A DNA stretch of 64,000 bases from Gemmatimonadaceae bacterium (GCA_031367535.1 JANLPZ010000142.1:8798-72797); one strand, 5' to 3'; shown: positions 39,073 through 49,275, counted from the first letter of the stretch. The notes: generated from the sequence alone by a model not told the origin. Made by a program: numbers and translations.

Positions 39073-40269
39073 GTGGCTGAACGCAATCTTTTCACATCTG
39101 AATCGGTCACCGAAGGGCATCCGGACAAGGTCGCCGACGCCATCTCTGACGCGGTGCTGGACGCCATCCTGGCCAAGGATGAGAAGGCGCGCGTCGCCTG
39201 CGAGACATTGGTCACGACCGGACTGGCCGTTGTCGCCGGCGAGATCACCACGTCGGCCTGGGTTGATATCCCGTCGCTCGTGCGCCGCACCATCACGGCG
39301 ATCGGCTACGACGATCCCGAGTACGGTATCGACGGTCGCACCTGCGCCGTCATGAGCACGATCGACAAGCAGTCGCCGGACATCTCGCAGGGCGTGGATA
39401 CCGGCGGCGCCGGCGATCAGGGCATGATGTTCGGGTATGCGAGCGACGAGACCGACGAATTCATGCCGATGCCGATCACGCTCGCACATCGCATCACGGC
39501 GCGTCTGGCTGAGCTCCGCAAGTCGAAAGCGATCAAGTGGTTGCGTCCCGATGCGAAGAGCCAGGTCACGATTGCGTACGACGAACAGAATCAGCCGGTC
39601 GGTGTCGACACGGTCGTCGTCTCGACGCAGCACTCGCCGGACGTGTCGCAGCGCACCATTCGCGATACCGTCATCGAGCAGGTGATCATGCCGGTGCTGC
39701 CCGCCGACCTGGTGCAGAAGAAGATCAAGTTCCACATCAATCCGACCGGCAATTTCGTGATCGGTGGTCCGCAGGGCGACTGCGGCCTGACGGGTCGCAA
39801 GATCATCGTCGATACGTACGGCGGCATGGGCCGACATGGCGGTGGTGCGTTCAGCGGCAAGGATCCGTCGAAGGTCGATCGCAGCGCCTGCTACGCTGCG
39901 CGCTGGGTCGCCAAGAACATCGTCAAGGCCGGCCTCGCGCGTCGCTGCGAAGTGCAGGTGGCGTATGCGATCGGTGTCGTCGAGCCGGTGTCGATTCGCG
40001 TCGAGACGTTTGGCACGGGCATTGTGCCGGACGCGGAAATCACACGCGCCGTGCGCGAGGTATTCGACCTCACACCGAAGGGCATCACGACCGCGCTCGA
40101 TCTGCGCAAGCCGATCTACAGTGCCACGACGGCGTATGGTCACTTTGGTCGCACGCCAGGTCAGACGCGCCACGTCGATGTCACGACCGGAAAGCCGTCC
40201 CGGTTGTACAATACGTTCACGTGGGAGCGGACGAACAAGGCGAAGGAACTGAAGGCCGCTCTCCGCTGA
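39073..40269 (+). CDS. metK: S-adenosylmethionine synthase
   Basis: [11 protein letters not shown] and [16 protein letters not shown] motifs. GTG start. Confidence 0.95.
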   Translation: MAERNLFTSESVTEGHPDKVADAISDAVLDAILAKDEKARVACETLVTTGLAVVAGEITTSAWVDIPSLVRRTITAIGYDDPEYGIDGRTCAVMSTIDKQSPDISQGVDTGGAGDQGMMFGYASDETDEFMPMPITLAHRITARLAELRKSKAIKWLRPDAKSQVTIAYDEQNQPVGVDTVVVSTQHSPDVSQRTIRDTVIEQVIMPVLPADLVQKKIKFHINPTGNFVIGGPQGDCGLTGRKIIVDTYGGMGRHGGGAFSGKDPSKVDRSACYAARWVAKNIVKAGLARRCEVQVAYAIGVVEPVSIRVETFGTGIVPDAEITRAVREVFDLTPKGITTALDLRKPIYSATTAYGHFGRTPGQTRHVDVTTGKPSRLYNTFTWERTNKAKELKAALR

Positions 40270-40347
40270 GCACTGGTGTGCCCGGTCGCCGCGATCCGTG
40301 ACGACCGGTGCATAGACGCACCCCACGAGCCGCCGGAGGACGTGGCC

Positions 40348-40869
40348 ATGATTGAGATGCGCGTCGCGCGACTCGGCGTGGACAGTGCGGCCGGCACGTA
40401 TGTGCTGGTTCTGCGCGAAGTGCACGGTCCGCGTGTGCTGCCGATCTGGATCGGCCAGCCGGAGGCGGAAGCGATCGTGATGGAACTGCAATCCGTCGTG
40501 CGTGAGCGACCGATGACGCATGATCTCATCAAGCAGATCGTGCTTGGCCTGGGTGCCACGGTGCGACGCGTCGTCATCAGTCGTGTCGAACGTGGCACGT
40601 ACTACGCAGAATTGCAGTTGCAGCGGAACGACGGCCTGATCTCCGTGGATGCGCGGCCGAGCGACTCGATTGCCATTGCATTGCGCACCGGTGCCGCCAT
40701 CTTTGCCGCGGACGACCTGTTGGTCACGCTCGACGACGAGGAACAGCCCCTCGTGCCACCGTCGATTCCCGATGGTGACCGATCAACGGGCACCGATATG
40801 AGCCCGGATGAACTCAAGGCGTACCTCCAGCGACTTCGACCCGAAGACCTCGGCAAGTTCATGCCGTGA
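40348..40869 (+). CDS. Bifunctional nuclease family protein (DNase/RNase, DUF151-type)
   Basis: LPIWIGQPEAEAI and RPSDSIAIALR motifs. GGAGGA RBS 8 nt upstream of ATG 40348. Confidence 0.7.
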   Translation: MIEMRVARLGVDSAAGTYVLVLREVHGPRVLPIWIGQPEAEAIVMELQSVVRERPMTHDLIKQIVLGLGATVRRVVISRVERGTYYAELQLQRNDGLISVDARPSDSIAIALRTGAAIFAADDLLVTLDDEEQPLVPPSIPDGDRSTGTDMSPDELKAYLQRLRPEDLGKFMP

Positions 40870-40897
40870 CCGGCGATATGCGCGCGCCGCAGTCGTG

Positions 40898-42100
40898 ATG
40901 TGTCGGGTGGCGATGTTGTTCATCTGTATCATCCTGCCGATCGTTGCGGGCGCGCAAGCGAAACCCGCGATCACGGATTCTCAGCCCGCTGCACCGGCAT
41001 CAGCGAATGGTGCGCGGACCGTGGAAGGTCGCGTGGTGCGTCCTGGCGCCGAAGCGTTCGAACCGGTCAGCGGAACCTGGGTGACTTTGCATCGTGTCGG
41101 ACGTGACAAGGCCGGTCCGCTCGATTCAGTGCGCACCGCCGTCGACGGCACGTATCGTTTCGCGTATCAACCGTCGGGCGCCGCCGATGCGATTTATTTC
41201 GTCTCCGCGAGTTACGCCGGCATCGCCTATTTCTCTTCCGGACTGTCGCAGCCTGAAGTGAGCGGGCAGGACGCCGAAATTCAGGTCTTCGATACGACGT
41301 CCGCCGGAATCCGGCTGACGGTGCGCGGTCGTCACATCATTCTCGCTGCGGCCACTGGCGGGGCGCGCCGTGGCTTGATCGAAGTGTTCGAGATCACGAA
41401 CGACTCGAGCAAGACGCTGATCGGCGCGAGCGAGAAGGCCCCCACATTTCGCGTCCGCATCCCTCCCCTTGCTCAGGATTTCAAAGTCGCGCAGGGCGAC
41501 GTGCCGGCGGATGCCGTCTCGTACGTCGATGGGGAAGTGCTGGTGCAGATGCCATTTGCGCCCGGGCTCAAGCGTCTGTCATTCTCGTATTCGATCGAGT
41601 CCGATGCATTTCCGCTGAAGGTTCCTGTGCAGTTTGCGACCGGTGTCCTCGAAGTGCTCGCGGAAGATCCGCAAGCCACCGTCTCGGCGCCGCGCACCGC
41701 CGAAACGGCGCCGGCGTCGATCGATGGGCGTAATTTCCGCCGCTTCCTGGGCAACGATGTGCCGGCGTCCGGCGTGCTGGAAATGGATCTGCCAGGCAGT
41801 GGGCAGGCGCAGAAGACGCGCATCGTGATTTCGCTCGTCGCGGCCATCGCGCTGGCCATGCTGGTGTCGCTCGCGCGGGCCTTCGGACGACGCACCACGA
41901 TGCGCACGCCGGCACTCGCATCGGCCGCTGCTGCCGATCGCGAGGCGGAGCGATTGGCACGGCAGATCGCCGATCTGGATGCAAAATTCGAACGTGTGCG
42001 TGAACCCGACAACTCCGCGCGCGCGGGCTACGAATCGGAGCGCGCACGACTGAAGAACGCACTCACGACCGCGCTGATCAGCCGCGACGCGTCGCGCTGA
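40898..42100 (+). CDS. Membrane-anchored protein: signal peptide, CarboxypepD_reg-like Ig domain, large beta-rich ectodomain, one TM, cytoplasmic coiled coil
   Basis: VEGRVVRP...DGTYRF pattern after the signal peptide. TM IVISLVAAIALAMLVSLA. C-terminal EAERLARQIADLDAKFERV. Confidence 0.5.
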   Translation: MCRVAMLFICIILPIVAGAQAKPAITDSQPAAPASANGARTVEGRVVRPGAEAFEPVSGTWVTLHRVGRDKAGPLDSVRTAVDGTYRFAYQPSGAADAIYFVSASYAGIAYFSSGLSQPEVSGQDAEIQVFDTTSAGIRLTVRGRHIILAAATGGARRGLIEVFEITNDSSKTLIGASEKAPTFRVRIPPLAQDFKVAQGDVPADAVSYVDGEVLVQMPFAPGLKRLSFSYSIESDAFPLKVPVQFATGVLEVLAEDPQATVSAPRTAETAPASIDGRNFRRFLGNDVPASGVLEMDLPGSGQAQKTRIVISLVAAIALAMLVSLARAFGRRTTMRTPALASAAAADREAERLARQIADLDAKFERVREPDNSARAGYESERARLKNALTTALISRDASR

Positions 42101-42128
42101 TGTCACGGGTCCGGCGAGAGCGCCGCAC

Positions 42129-43121
42129 GTGACGTCACCGTTTCGTCGGCCCGCTGTGCTCTGGCTGTGCATCGTGATCGCGCTGACGATCCTGGTGGTC
42201 GCGAGTCTTGCGGTCGGATCGGTGTCGCTTGCACCCGGCGATGTGGTGCGTGCGCTGGCCGGACGCGGTGACGAGGTTGCAATCACGATCGTGCGCGAAT
42301 TGCGATTGCCGCGTGTTGCGCTGGCGTTGCTCGTCGGCTGCGCACTGGGCAGCTCCGGTGCGGCGCTGCAGGGCACCCTGCGGAATGCGCTGGCCGAGCC
42401 GTATCTGCTTGGCGTTTCCGGCGGTGCTGCCGGCGGCGCGGTCATCGCGATGATCGCAGGCGCGGCCGACGCCGGCGTCACCTCACTGGCGGCGTTCGTC
42501 GGCGCCGTCGTCGCGGTGGTGCTGGTGCTCGCACTGGCGCGTGCGGCCGGTGGCGCTCGCGATGCGCGCACACTCCTGATGGCTGGTGTCGTCATCGGCG
42601 CATTTTCGAACGCCGTCATTCTGATTCTGCTCACCGACGCCTCACCGGAGCGCGTGCGCGGCGCGCTGTGGTGGATTGCGGGCAGTGTCAGTGACGCGTC
42701 GTGGCCACGTGTCCTCTGGTTGCTCGCGTACCTGGCGGTGGGCATGGCACTCCTCGTCGGTCGTGGGCGATTGCTCGACGTGCTCGCGATCGGTGACGAG
42801 TCGGCAGCCGCACTCGGCGTGAACGTCGGCCGCGCCACGCAGCAGATCTTCGTCATCTGTGCACTGCTCGCTGCCGCGAGCGTTGCGGCAGCCGGACTGG
42901 TGGGATTTGTGGGACTGGTCGTACCGAACATTGCGCGGGCGTTTGGCGTGGTGCGGCATCGCTCGCTGATCGTGACATCGGCACTGACCGGTGCGGCGCT
43001 GGTCGTCTTCGCCGACCTCATCGCACGCACCGTTCGTGCGCCGGTCGAGTTGCCGCTCGGCGCCATCACGGCTCTGGTCGGCGTGCCGGTTTTCCTGTTG
43101 CGTCTGCGACGGATCCGATGA
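42129..43121 (+). CDS. FecCD/BtuC-family ABC importer permease (iron-siderophore/cobalamin type)
   Basis: Roughly 10 TM segments. RLPRVALALLVGCALGSSGAALQ and GVVPNIAR-type motifs typical of FecCD. Confidence 0.85.
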   Translation: MTSPFRRPAVLWLCIVIALTILVVASLAVGSVSLAPGDVVRALAGRGDEVAITIVRELRLPRVALALLVGCALGSSGAALQGTLRNALAEPYLLGVSGGAAGGAVIAMIAGAADAGVTSLAAFVGAVVAVVLVLALARAAGGARDARTLLMAGVVIGAFSNAVILILLTDASPERVRGALWWIAGSVSDASWPRVLWLLAYLAVGMALLVGRGRLLDVLAIGDESAAALGVNVGRATQQIFVICALLAAASVAAAGLVGFVGLVVPNIARAFGVVRHRSLIVTSALTGAALVVFADLIARTVRAPVELPLGAITALVGVPVFLLRLRRIR

Positions 43122-43915
43122 CAACCCCCACTCAATTGCGCTTCGAACAGGTCTCGCTCGCCTACGCGAAGGGCGCGACACCGATTGTGCGCGAGGTGAC
43201 GATCACCGCAGCGGCCGGCGCCATCACAGCGATTGTTGGTCCAAATGGCAGCGGCAAAAGTTCACTGGTGCGCGGTGTCCTCGGATTGATGCCTGAGACG
43301 CGCGGTGCGATTCACGCGGGCGACGTCGATCTGTTGCGCACCACACCGGATGTGATGAGTCGTCGTGTCGCCGTCATGCCGCAGCGGGAATCACTGGCCT
43401 TCCCGATGCGAGTGCGTGACTACGTCGCGCTCGGCCGCTCACCGTTTCTCGGGTTGTGGGATGCGATGACGGCGGCTGATCTTATGCTGGTCGACCATGC
43501 GATGCAGCGCGCCGACGTCGTGTCATTCGCCGAACGTCGCACCGACGAACTGTCCGGTGGTGAATGGCAGCGGGTACGCCTCGCGCGCACGCTCGCGCAG
43601 GACACGCCGATTCTGCTGCTCGACGAACCAACCACCTTCCTCGACATCGCGCACGAGATGGCGAGTTTTGAAACACTCGCCCGCGAGTCTCGCGCGGGGC
43701 GGACGGTTGTGCTGGTAAGTCACACGCTGACGCTGGTGGCACGCTTTGCCGATCAGATGGTGCTGATGCACGAAGGCCGTGTTGCGGCTGCCGGTGCGCC
43801 TCGTGATGTGATGCAGGCCGGCACACTCGAGGCGGTCTACGGCTGGCCGCTGGTTGTGTCGCATGATCCGGCCGTCGGCGCACCGACGCTCGTGCCGCTG
43901 CGTCGACCTGGCTGA
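43118..43915 (+). CDS. ABC transporter ATP-binding protein (FepC/BtuD-like)
   Basis: Walker A GPNGSGKSS, signature LSGGEWQR and Walker B LLLDEPT. ATGA overlap with the permease. Confidence 0.9.
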   Translation: MTTPTQLRFEQVSLAYAKGATPIVREVTITAAAGAITAIVGPNGSGKSSLVRGVLGLMPETRGAIHAGDVDLLRTTPDVMSRRVAVMPQRESLAFPMRVRDYVALGRSPFLGLWDAMTAADLMLVDHAMQRADVVSFAERRTDELSGGEWQRVRLARTLAQDTPILLLDEPTTFLDIAHEMASFETLARESRAGRTVVLVSHTLTLVARFADQMVLMHEGRVAAAGAPRDVMQAGTLEAVYGWPLVVSHDPAVGAPTLVPLRRPG

Positions 43916-43951
43916 CCATCGGCGGTTGGCGCGAGCCGGTAGATTATCACT

Positions 43952-44698
43952 GTGCCTCCCGTCGTCACGTCAGCCATCGTGCTCCACGCATTCAACTACA
44001 GTGAGTCGTCGCGTATTCTCCGCCTGGCGACGCGCGAGGGCGGCGTCCAGTCGGTGCTCGCGCGTGGCGCACGTGCGTCGCAGCGGCGATTCGGCTCCGC
44101 CGTCGATCTGTTCGCTGAAGGAGAGGTGCAGTATGACGTCCGCGCCGGACGCGACCTGCACACCCTCGCGCGTTTCGACGTCGTGTTGTCGCGCGCAGCT
44201 CTGGGCACGTCGCTGCCGCGTTTCGAGGGCGCTTCGGCACTGGCGGAAGTCATGCTCCGCGTGGCCGGCGAAGACGAGACACCGGCCGATGCGTTCGATG
44301 CACTGCGCGACGGTCTCGACGCCATTGCGGCGGACCCGGAGGCCACCGTGGCGACGATCCGGGCGATCTGGCGACTGCTCGGCACGATCGGCTTCACACC
44401 GGCACTCGACGCCTGCGTGCAGTGTGATCGCGCGCTGCCAGCGACGATGGACGTGGCGTTCAGCGCCGAAGCAGGGGGCGTCTTGTGTGAGTCCTGCGCC
44501 GTCCGGGTGCCGTCGCGCCGACTTCCGGCCTCGGCCCGGCAGCTCATCCGCACCTGGCTCGAGGGCGGTGAGATCAGCTCGGACGCCATGGACCTGCCCA
44601 CAGAACGGGCGCATCGGCGACTGCTGCGCATTTTTGTGCATGCGCACGTGACCGACGGTCGGCCGTTGCGCGCCTTCGACGCGTGGGCCACGGCCTAG
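43952..44698 (+). CDS. recO: DNA repair protein RecO
   Basis: N-terminal OB fold (AIVLHAFNYSESSRIL). C-terminal zinc module CVQC...CESC. Confidence 0.85.
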   Translation: MPPVVTSAIVLHAFNYSESSRILRLATREGGVQSVLARGARASQRRFGSAVDLFAEGEVQYDVRAGRDLHTLARFDVVLSRAALGTSLPRFEGASALAEVMLRVAGEDETPADAFDALRDGLDAIAADPEATVATIRAIWRLLGTIGFTPALDACVQCDRALPATMDVAFSAEAGGVLCESCAVRVPSRRLPASARQLIRTWLEGGEISSDAMDLPTERAHRRLLRIFVHAHVTDGRPLRAFDAWATA

Positions 44699-44932
44699 AC
44701 CGCGAGCGGGCGTCGAGCCGGCCGTCGCCAGAATCCTGCAGTGTCCGGAAATGATCCGAAACAGGTGCAAAAGGCGCGTTGGCGGGTAGGCACGGGAAAT
44801 TCTCCGGTCCTGTCACGTTGTTTGCGTGACTGCCGCCCGTAGGTATCCTTCGCTCATCGAACGGCTGGCTGGCGAATCTATTCCCGTACTCGAGGTCGAT
44901 CAGAACCCTTTCTCGTTTGTTTGGAGTGTGGC

Positions 44933-45403
44933 ATGACCTGGCGGAGACTCGTGCGGCTGCTGGCCGTGTGTCTCGCCGCCGCACTGCCGGTCGCGGTATC
45001 CGCACAAACGCCTGTTTCGCCGGCCCTACCGCCGGTACGGCTGCGTCCGGACGGCTTCGATCTTGGGCAGAGTTCTCCGAATCCGACGGCTGGCGAGACG
45101 CGATTCCCATTCTTCGTGGGAGATCCGCCCGTCTGCCGCGATGCCAACCGGCAGTATCGGGTGACACTTCGGATCTACAACCTCCTCGCGCAGGAGGTCG
45201 CAGTAGCCTTGCTGACCGGTCCCAACGGTGAGCTGGACGGAGCGCGGCGGCTGAATGGCGTGATGCTGACCTGTCGTCAGTATCAGGCGTACTGGGACGG
45301 CCGAGTCGACGGCACACAGCGTGATGCGCCGGATGGCATCTATCTGTATCGCCTCGAAGTGAACGGTCGGGCTGTGGTGAAAAAGCTGGTGGTGCATCGG
45401 TGA
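44933..45403 (+). CDS. Small secreted protein consisting essentially of a FlgD-Ig-like / T9SS-type C-terminal sorting-like domain
   Basis: Signal peptide (AALPVAVSAQ). L.QS.PNP....T.F.F ... L.IYNLLAQEV ... Y.W DG ... G.YLYRL.V ... KKLVV pattern. GGAG RBS before ATG 44933. Confidence 0.5.
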   Translation: MTWRRLVRLLAVCLAAALPVAVSAQTPVSPALPPVRLRPDGFDLGQSSPNPTAGETRFPFFVGDPPVCRDANRQYRVTLRIYNLLAQEVAVALLTGPNGELDGARRLNGVMLTCRQYQAYWDGRVDGTQRDAPDGIYLYRLEVNGRAVVKKLVVHR

Positions 45404-45436
45404 GGGCGCGCTCCGGACTTCTGGAGGCGCCCTTTC
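45403..45436 (+). terminator. Terminator-like hairpin after the CTD-only gene
   Basis: GGGCGC(G)CTCC / 8-nt loop / GGAGGCGCCC followed by TTT. Confidence 0.4.
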
Positions 45437-45461
45437 CCGTTGCCGGGATTCATTCGCCAGT

Positions 45462-45779
45462 CTATTTCAGCTTTTTCTCGCCCAGCTTGAACGCCTTGAG
45501 ATCGATCGCGGCCCAGAGCCGCTTGGCGTGTTGCGGATGCGATGTCAGGGTCCCCGAGAGCTTCTCGAGTTGCTGAGCGGAGACGCCTCGCTTGCGGAGC
45601 ACGGCGTCACGGCGTTGTGCGCGCACCTCGTTGTTCACATCCGGGGCATCGGCCACGTACTTCAGTTCGCCCATGACCTGTACGAACGCACTGTCGCTCA
45701 TACCGAGATCGGCGTTCGCCTTTCGACACCCGGCAACCGCGAGGAGCAGCACTACGGTGATTCTTCGCAGACAAGACAT
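45462..45779 (-). CDS. Small hypothetical lipoprotein
   Basis: Lipobox LLLAVAGC. 105 aa, helical, Lys-rich C-terminus. Confidence 0.5.
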   Translation of the reverse strand: MSCLRRITVVLLLAVAGCRKANADLGMSDSAFVQVMGELKYVADAPDVNNEVRAQRRDAVLRKRGVSAQQLEKLSGTLTSHPQHAKRLWAAIDLKAFKLGEKKLK

Positions 45780-45954
45780 GCAGCGAGCCTATCGGCTCAC
45801 CCCGGTGAAATGCAATGCCTGCCACTGCGGCGCAACTTCTGCCACGCTGACTGCCGTAGGATGAGACGAGCGGCAGAGTCGTGCGGCCCCCCAGTTGCAC
45901 CGTCTCCATGCACATTCATGCCGTGGCGCACTTCCTCCGATCCCGTTTGGTCCG

Positions 45955-48576
45955 ATGCTGAATCCTGATCGCCTTACCATCAAGTCCGGCGAAGCGGTGA
46001 ATGACGCGATTGCGCTCGCGCGTCGAGCCGGCAATCCGCTCGCGTACGATCTGCATCTGCTGCTGGCGCTGATCGCGCAGCAGGACGGGATCGTCGTGCC
46101 GCTGCTGCAGAAGGCCGGGGTGAAGGTGCCCGATCTCAGGCAGCGCGCCGAAGCCGAAGCCGCGCGGTATCCGAAACAGAGCGACGCGCAGCCGCAGGTG
46201 TCGCGCGAGCTGAATCAGGTGTTCGATCGTGCCGACGCGGATGCGAAGGCGCTCGGCGATGATTACGTCAGCACTGAACACTTTCTGCTCGCGCTGGCCG
46301 ACGCCAAGGGTACCGACAGTCGGGCGCTGCTGCAGTCGATGGGTGCATCGCGCGAGGCACTCGCCTCGGCGCTCAAGGCGGTGCGCGGCACACATACCGT
46401 GTCCGATCAGACACCCGAGAATCGCTACCAGGCGCTCGCCCGATACACACGTGATCTGACCGAAAGCGCGCGCGACGGCAAGCTCGATCCCGTCATCGGC
46501 CGTGACGATGAAATCCGTCGCGTCATTCAGGTGCTCTCGCGTCGCACCAAAAACAACCCGGTGTTGATCGGCGAGCCCGGTGTCGGTAAGACGGCAATCG
46601 TTGAAGGCCTCGCACAGCGCATCATCAACGGCGATGTGCCGGAAGGTTTGCGCGGCAAGCGGTTGTTGTCGCTTGATCTCGGCGCGCTGATTGCCGGTGC
46701 GAAGTTTCGCGGGGAATTCGAGGAGCGCCTGAAGGCGGTGCTGAAGGAGATCGTCGACAGTCAGGGCGAAGTGGTGTTGTTCATCGACGAACTGCACACA
46801 CTCGTCGGCGCTGGCAAGGCGGAAGGGTCGATGGACGCGGGCAACATGCTCAAGCCGATGCTCGCGCGTGGCGAACTGCACATGGTCGGCGCGACGACGC
46901 TTGATGAATACCGCCTGCATCTCGAGAAGGACGCGGCGCTCGAGCGTCGATTCCAGCCCGTGTTCGTAGGCGAACCGACACTCGATGATACGATCGCGAT
47001 TCTGCGTGGCCTCAAGGCTCGCTACGAATCGCATCACGGCGTGCGCATCACCGACAGCGCGATCGTTGCGGCGGCCACGTTGTCGAATCGCTACATCGGT
47101 GATCGCTTCCTGCCGGACAAGGCGATCGATCTGCTCGATGAAGCGGCGAGCCGGCTGCGCATCGAAATCGATTCGTTGCCGCAACCGATCGATGAAGTGG
47201 AGCGCCGCGTGATGCAGCTGGAGATCGAGCGGCAGGCCATGCAGAAGGAAACCGATACCGCAGCGCGCGAACGCCTCGTCGCACTCGAACGCGAGCTGGC
47301 CGAGCTCAAGACACAGAGCGCCACGATGAAGGCGCAGTGGCAGCAGGAGAAGCAGGCACTCGGCGATGTCGGTCGGATCAAGCAGACCATCGAGCAGGCG
47401 ACCACCGACGCCGAAGCCGCGGCTCGCACCGGCGATCTGCAGCTGGCTGCGGAGATCCAGTATGGTCGCATACCGCAGCTGCAGCGTGAGCTGGCGGAAG
47501 CCGAGGCCGTCGTGTCGGTGAAGGATGGGCGCCGTCGCTTCCTCAAGGAGGAAGTTGGCGATGATGACATCGCCGACGTGGTCGCGAAGTGGACCGGTAT
47601 TCCGGTGCAGCGCATGCTCGAGTCGGAGCGTGAGCGACTGACGAAGCTCGAGGATGAACTCGCGCACCGCGTTGTCGGTCAGCGTGACGCTGTGGCAGCG
47701 GTGGCGAATGCCGTGCGCCGCTCGCGTGCCGGCTTGCAGGATCCGAACAAGCCGATCGGCAGCTTCCTGTTTCTCGGTCCGACCGGTGTCGGCAAGACAG
47801 AGACGGCGCGCGCACTGGCTGATTTCCTGTTCGACGATGAACGGGCGATGGTGCGTCTCGACATGTCGGAATACATGGAGAAACACGCCGTGGCGCGATT
47901 GATCGGTGCGCCGCCGGGCTATGTCGGTTACGACGAAGGCGGCCAGCTCACCGAAGCGGTGCGTCGCCGTCCGTATTCGGTGCTGCTGTTCGACGAAATC
48001 GAGAAGGCGCATCCCGATGTGTTCAACGTGCTGCTGCAACTGCTCGACGATGGTCGCCTGACCGACAGTCAGGGGCGCACGGTGGACTTCCGCAACACCG
48101 TTGTGATTCTGACCAGCAACATCGGCAGTCAGGTGATTCTCGAGCGGTATGCGGAAGACTGGGCGCTGGTGGAGACGCAGGTGCTGGCCATGCTGCGACA
48201 GCAGTTCCGGCCGGAGTTCCTCAATCGCATCGACGATGTCGTGGTGTTCCGTCCGCTGGGTGAAGAACAGATCGCGCAGATTGTCGATCTGCAGCTGGCC
48301 AAGCTCGACACGATGCTCGGCGCGCGGAAACTCAGCATCACGCTGACACCCGAAGCGAAGAGGCTGCTCGTCGGGGAAGGGTATGACTCGGCATTTGGCG
48401 CGCGGCCACTCAAGCGCACAATCCAGCGTCTGGTGCAAAATCCGCTCGCGCTGGCCTTGCTCGATGGCACACTGCACGATGGTGATGTCGTGGTCGCGTC
48501 ACCGGGTGATGGCAACACGCTGGTGTTCACGCGGCAGGTCGCGGATGCGCCGGTGCAGGAAGGGGCTCCGGCGTGA
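45955..48576 (+). CDS. clpB: ATP-dependent chaperone ClpB
   Basis: Clp_N, two AAA+ modules (GEPGVGKT; GPTGVGKTE), a long middle coiled coil and ClpB_D2-small. ATG 45955 gives the canonical N-terminus MLNPDRLT. Confidence 0.95.
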   Translation: MLNPDRLTIKSGEAVNDAIALARRAGNPLAYDLHLLLALIAQQDGIVVPLLQKAGVKVPDLRQRAEAEAARYPKQSDAQPQVSRELNQVFDRADADAKALGDDYVSTEHFLLALADAKGTDSRALLQSMGASREALASALKAVRGTHTVSDQTPENRYQALARYTRDLTESARDGKLDPVIGRDDEIRRVIQVLSRRTKNNPVLIGEPGVGKTAIVEGLAQRIINGDVPEGLRGKRLLSLDLGALIAGAKFRGEFEERLKAVLKEIVDSQGEVVLFIDELHTLVGAGKAEGSMDAGNMLKPMLARGELHMVGATTLDEYRLHLEKDAALERRFQPVFVGEPTLDDTIAILRGLKARYESHHGVRITDSAIVAAATLSNRYIGDRFLPDKAIDLLDEAASRLRIEIDSLPQPIDEVERRVMQLEIERQAMQKETDTAARERLVALERELAELKTQSATMKAQWQQEKQALGDVGRIKQTIEQATTDAEAAARTGDLQLAAEIQYGRIPQLQRELAEAEAVVSVKDGRRRFLKEEVGDDDIADVVAKWTGIPVQRMLESERERLTKLEDELAHRVVGQRDAVAAVANAVRRSRAGLQDPNKPIGSFLFLGPTGVGKTETARALADFLFDDERAMVRLDMSEYMEKHAVARLIGAPPGYVGYDEGGQLTEAVRRRPYSVLLFDEIEKAHPDVFNVLLQLLDDGRLTDSQGRTVDFRNTVVILTSNIGSQVILERYAEDWALVETQVLAMLRQQFRPEFLNRIDDVVVFRPLGEEQIAQIVDLQLAKLDTMLGARKLSITLTPEAKRLLVGEGYDSAFGARPLKRTIQRLVQNPLALALLDGTLHDGDVVVASPGDGNTLVFTRQVADAPVQEGAPA

Positions 48577-49085
48577 GTGCGTTCGCACGTCCAGGGGACG
48601 AACGCTGGATGCGCGAGGCGCTGATGCAGGCGGAGCACGCTGCAGCAGCGGGCGAGGTGCCGGTCGGTGCGTGTGTCGTGCGCGACGACGCGATTGTGTG
48701 CATGGCGGCGAACAGCATGCGCACGGATGGCGACGCCACGCAGCATGCGGAGCTGCGTGCGATTCGTGCCGCGATGCGTGCACTCGACCGTGATCGATTG
48801 GAGGGCTGCACGTTGTACATCACCCTCGAGCCGTGCGCGATGTGCGCCGGCGCGATTGTGCTGAGCCGGGTGGATCGTGTGGTGTTTGCGGCCTGGGATC
48901 CGAAGGCCGGCATGGCCGGCTCAGTGGGCGATGTCTTGCGCCATCCGCGACTCAATCATCGCCCCGAAGTGGCTGGCGGCGTGCTCGAAGCGGAGGCGAG
49001 CGCGATGTTGTCGGGCTTTTTCGCGGCACGTCGCGAGCCTGTCTCGACGGCCCGGTCCGTTGACCCATCGACCTCCGGTGCCTAA
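48573..49085 (+). CDS. tadA: tRNA-specific adenosine deaminase TadA
   Basis: HAELRAI and PCAMCAG zinc motifs. GTGA overlap with clpB. Confidence 0.9.
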   Translation: MSAFARPGDERWMREALMQAEHAAAAGEVPVGACVVRDDAIVCMAANSMRTDGDATQHAELRAIRAAMRALDRDRLEGCTLYITLEPCAMCAGAIVLSRVDRVVFAAWDPKAGMAGSVGDVLRHPRLNHRPEVAGGVLEAEASAMLSGFFAARREPVSTARSVDPSTSGA

Positions 49086-49126
49086 ACTCAAAGGCTGGGC
49101 CAGTTTGCTGACATGCTGGCGACGTT

Positions 49127-49213
49127 GGACAGGTGTCCGAGCGGTTGAAGGAACCGGTCTCGAAAACCGGCGTGCCGGAAACGGTACCGTGGGTTCGAAT
49201 CCCACCCTGTCCG
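49127..49213 (+). tRNA. tRNA-Ser (anticodon CGA), class II with long variable arm, no encoded CCA
   Basis: Hand-folded: acceptor GGACAGG/CCTGTCC, anticodon stem CCGGT/ACCGG, loop CTCGAAA, T arm GTGGG-TTCGAAT-CCCAC, discriminator G. Confidence 0.9.
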
Positions 49214-49234
49214 TGCTTGATCGTACGCTGCGTT

Positions 49235-49275
49235 CCGGGCGCCTCGCTGTGATGCGGAGGCGCCCGGTGTGTTTC
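49235..49275 (+). terminator. Intrinsic-terminator-like hairpin after tRNA-Ser(CGA)
   Basis: Perfect 11-bp stem CCGGGCGCCTC / GAGGCGCCCGG with an 11-nt loop, followed by TGTGTTT. Confidence 0.5.

Noticed and set aside
41579-43135. 518-aa antisense ORF across the CarboxypepD_reg gene end and the FecCD permease; also 9651-11048 across alr/deoB and 30394-31863 across ribBA/ribH
   Set aside because: These are only partly codon-aligned. In the non-aligned parts the frame stays open by chance, helped over the FecCD permease by the scarcity of Tyr codons (there only an NNC codon followed by TAY creates a stop). The translated products are Arg/Ala/Pro-rich with no motifs, and the sense genes are confidently identified.
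43854-44770. Alternative-frame ORFs over recO (43854-44651 +, 43996-44691 -, 43970-44770 -)
   Set aside because: The recO frame shows the OB-fold N-terminus and the CxxC...CxxC module. The alternative frames are compositionally biased (Arg/Ser/Ala) and have no motifs.
44699-44932. 234-nt spacer after recO as a possible small RNA gene (SRP RNA, 6S, tmRNA-like)
   Set aside because: I could find no conserved cores (for example the SRP domain IV GGAA/AGCA motif or a tRNA-like end) and no strong extended helices by eye. It is most likely the promoter or leader of the CTD-only gene.
45916-48477. 853-aa stop-free ORF antisense to almost the whole of clpB
   Set aside because: Its codons are in exact register with the clpB codons: the sense frame starts at 45955, and both occupy the same position triplets. 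In that frame, antisense stops TAA/TAG/TGA arise only from sense TTA/CTA/TCA codons, which a high-GC3 genome avoids. The translation is Arg/His/Asp-rich low-information sequence with no motifs, whereas the sense strand is an unmistakable ClpB. It is a codon-usage artefact, not an overlapping gene. Only Ribo-seq could overturn this.
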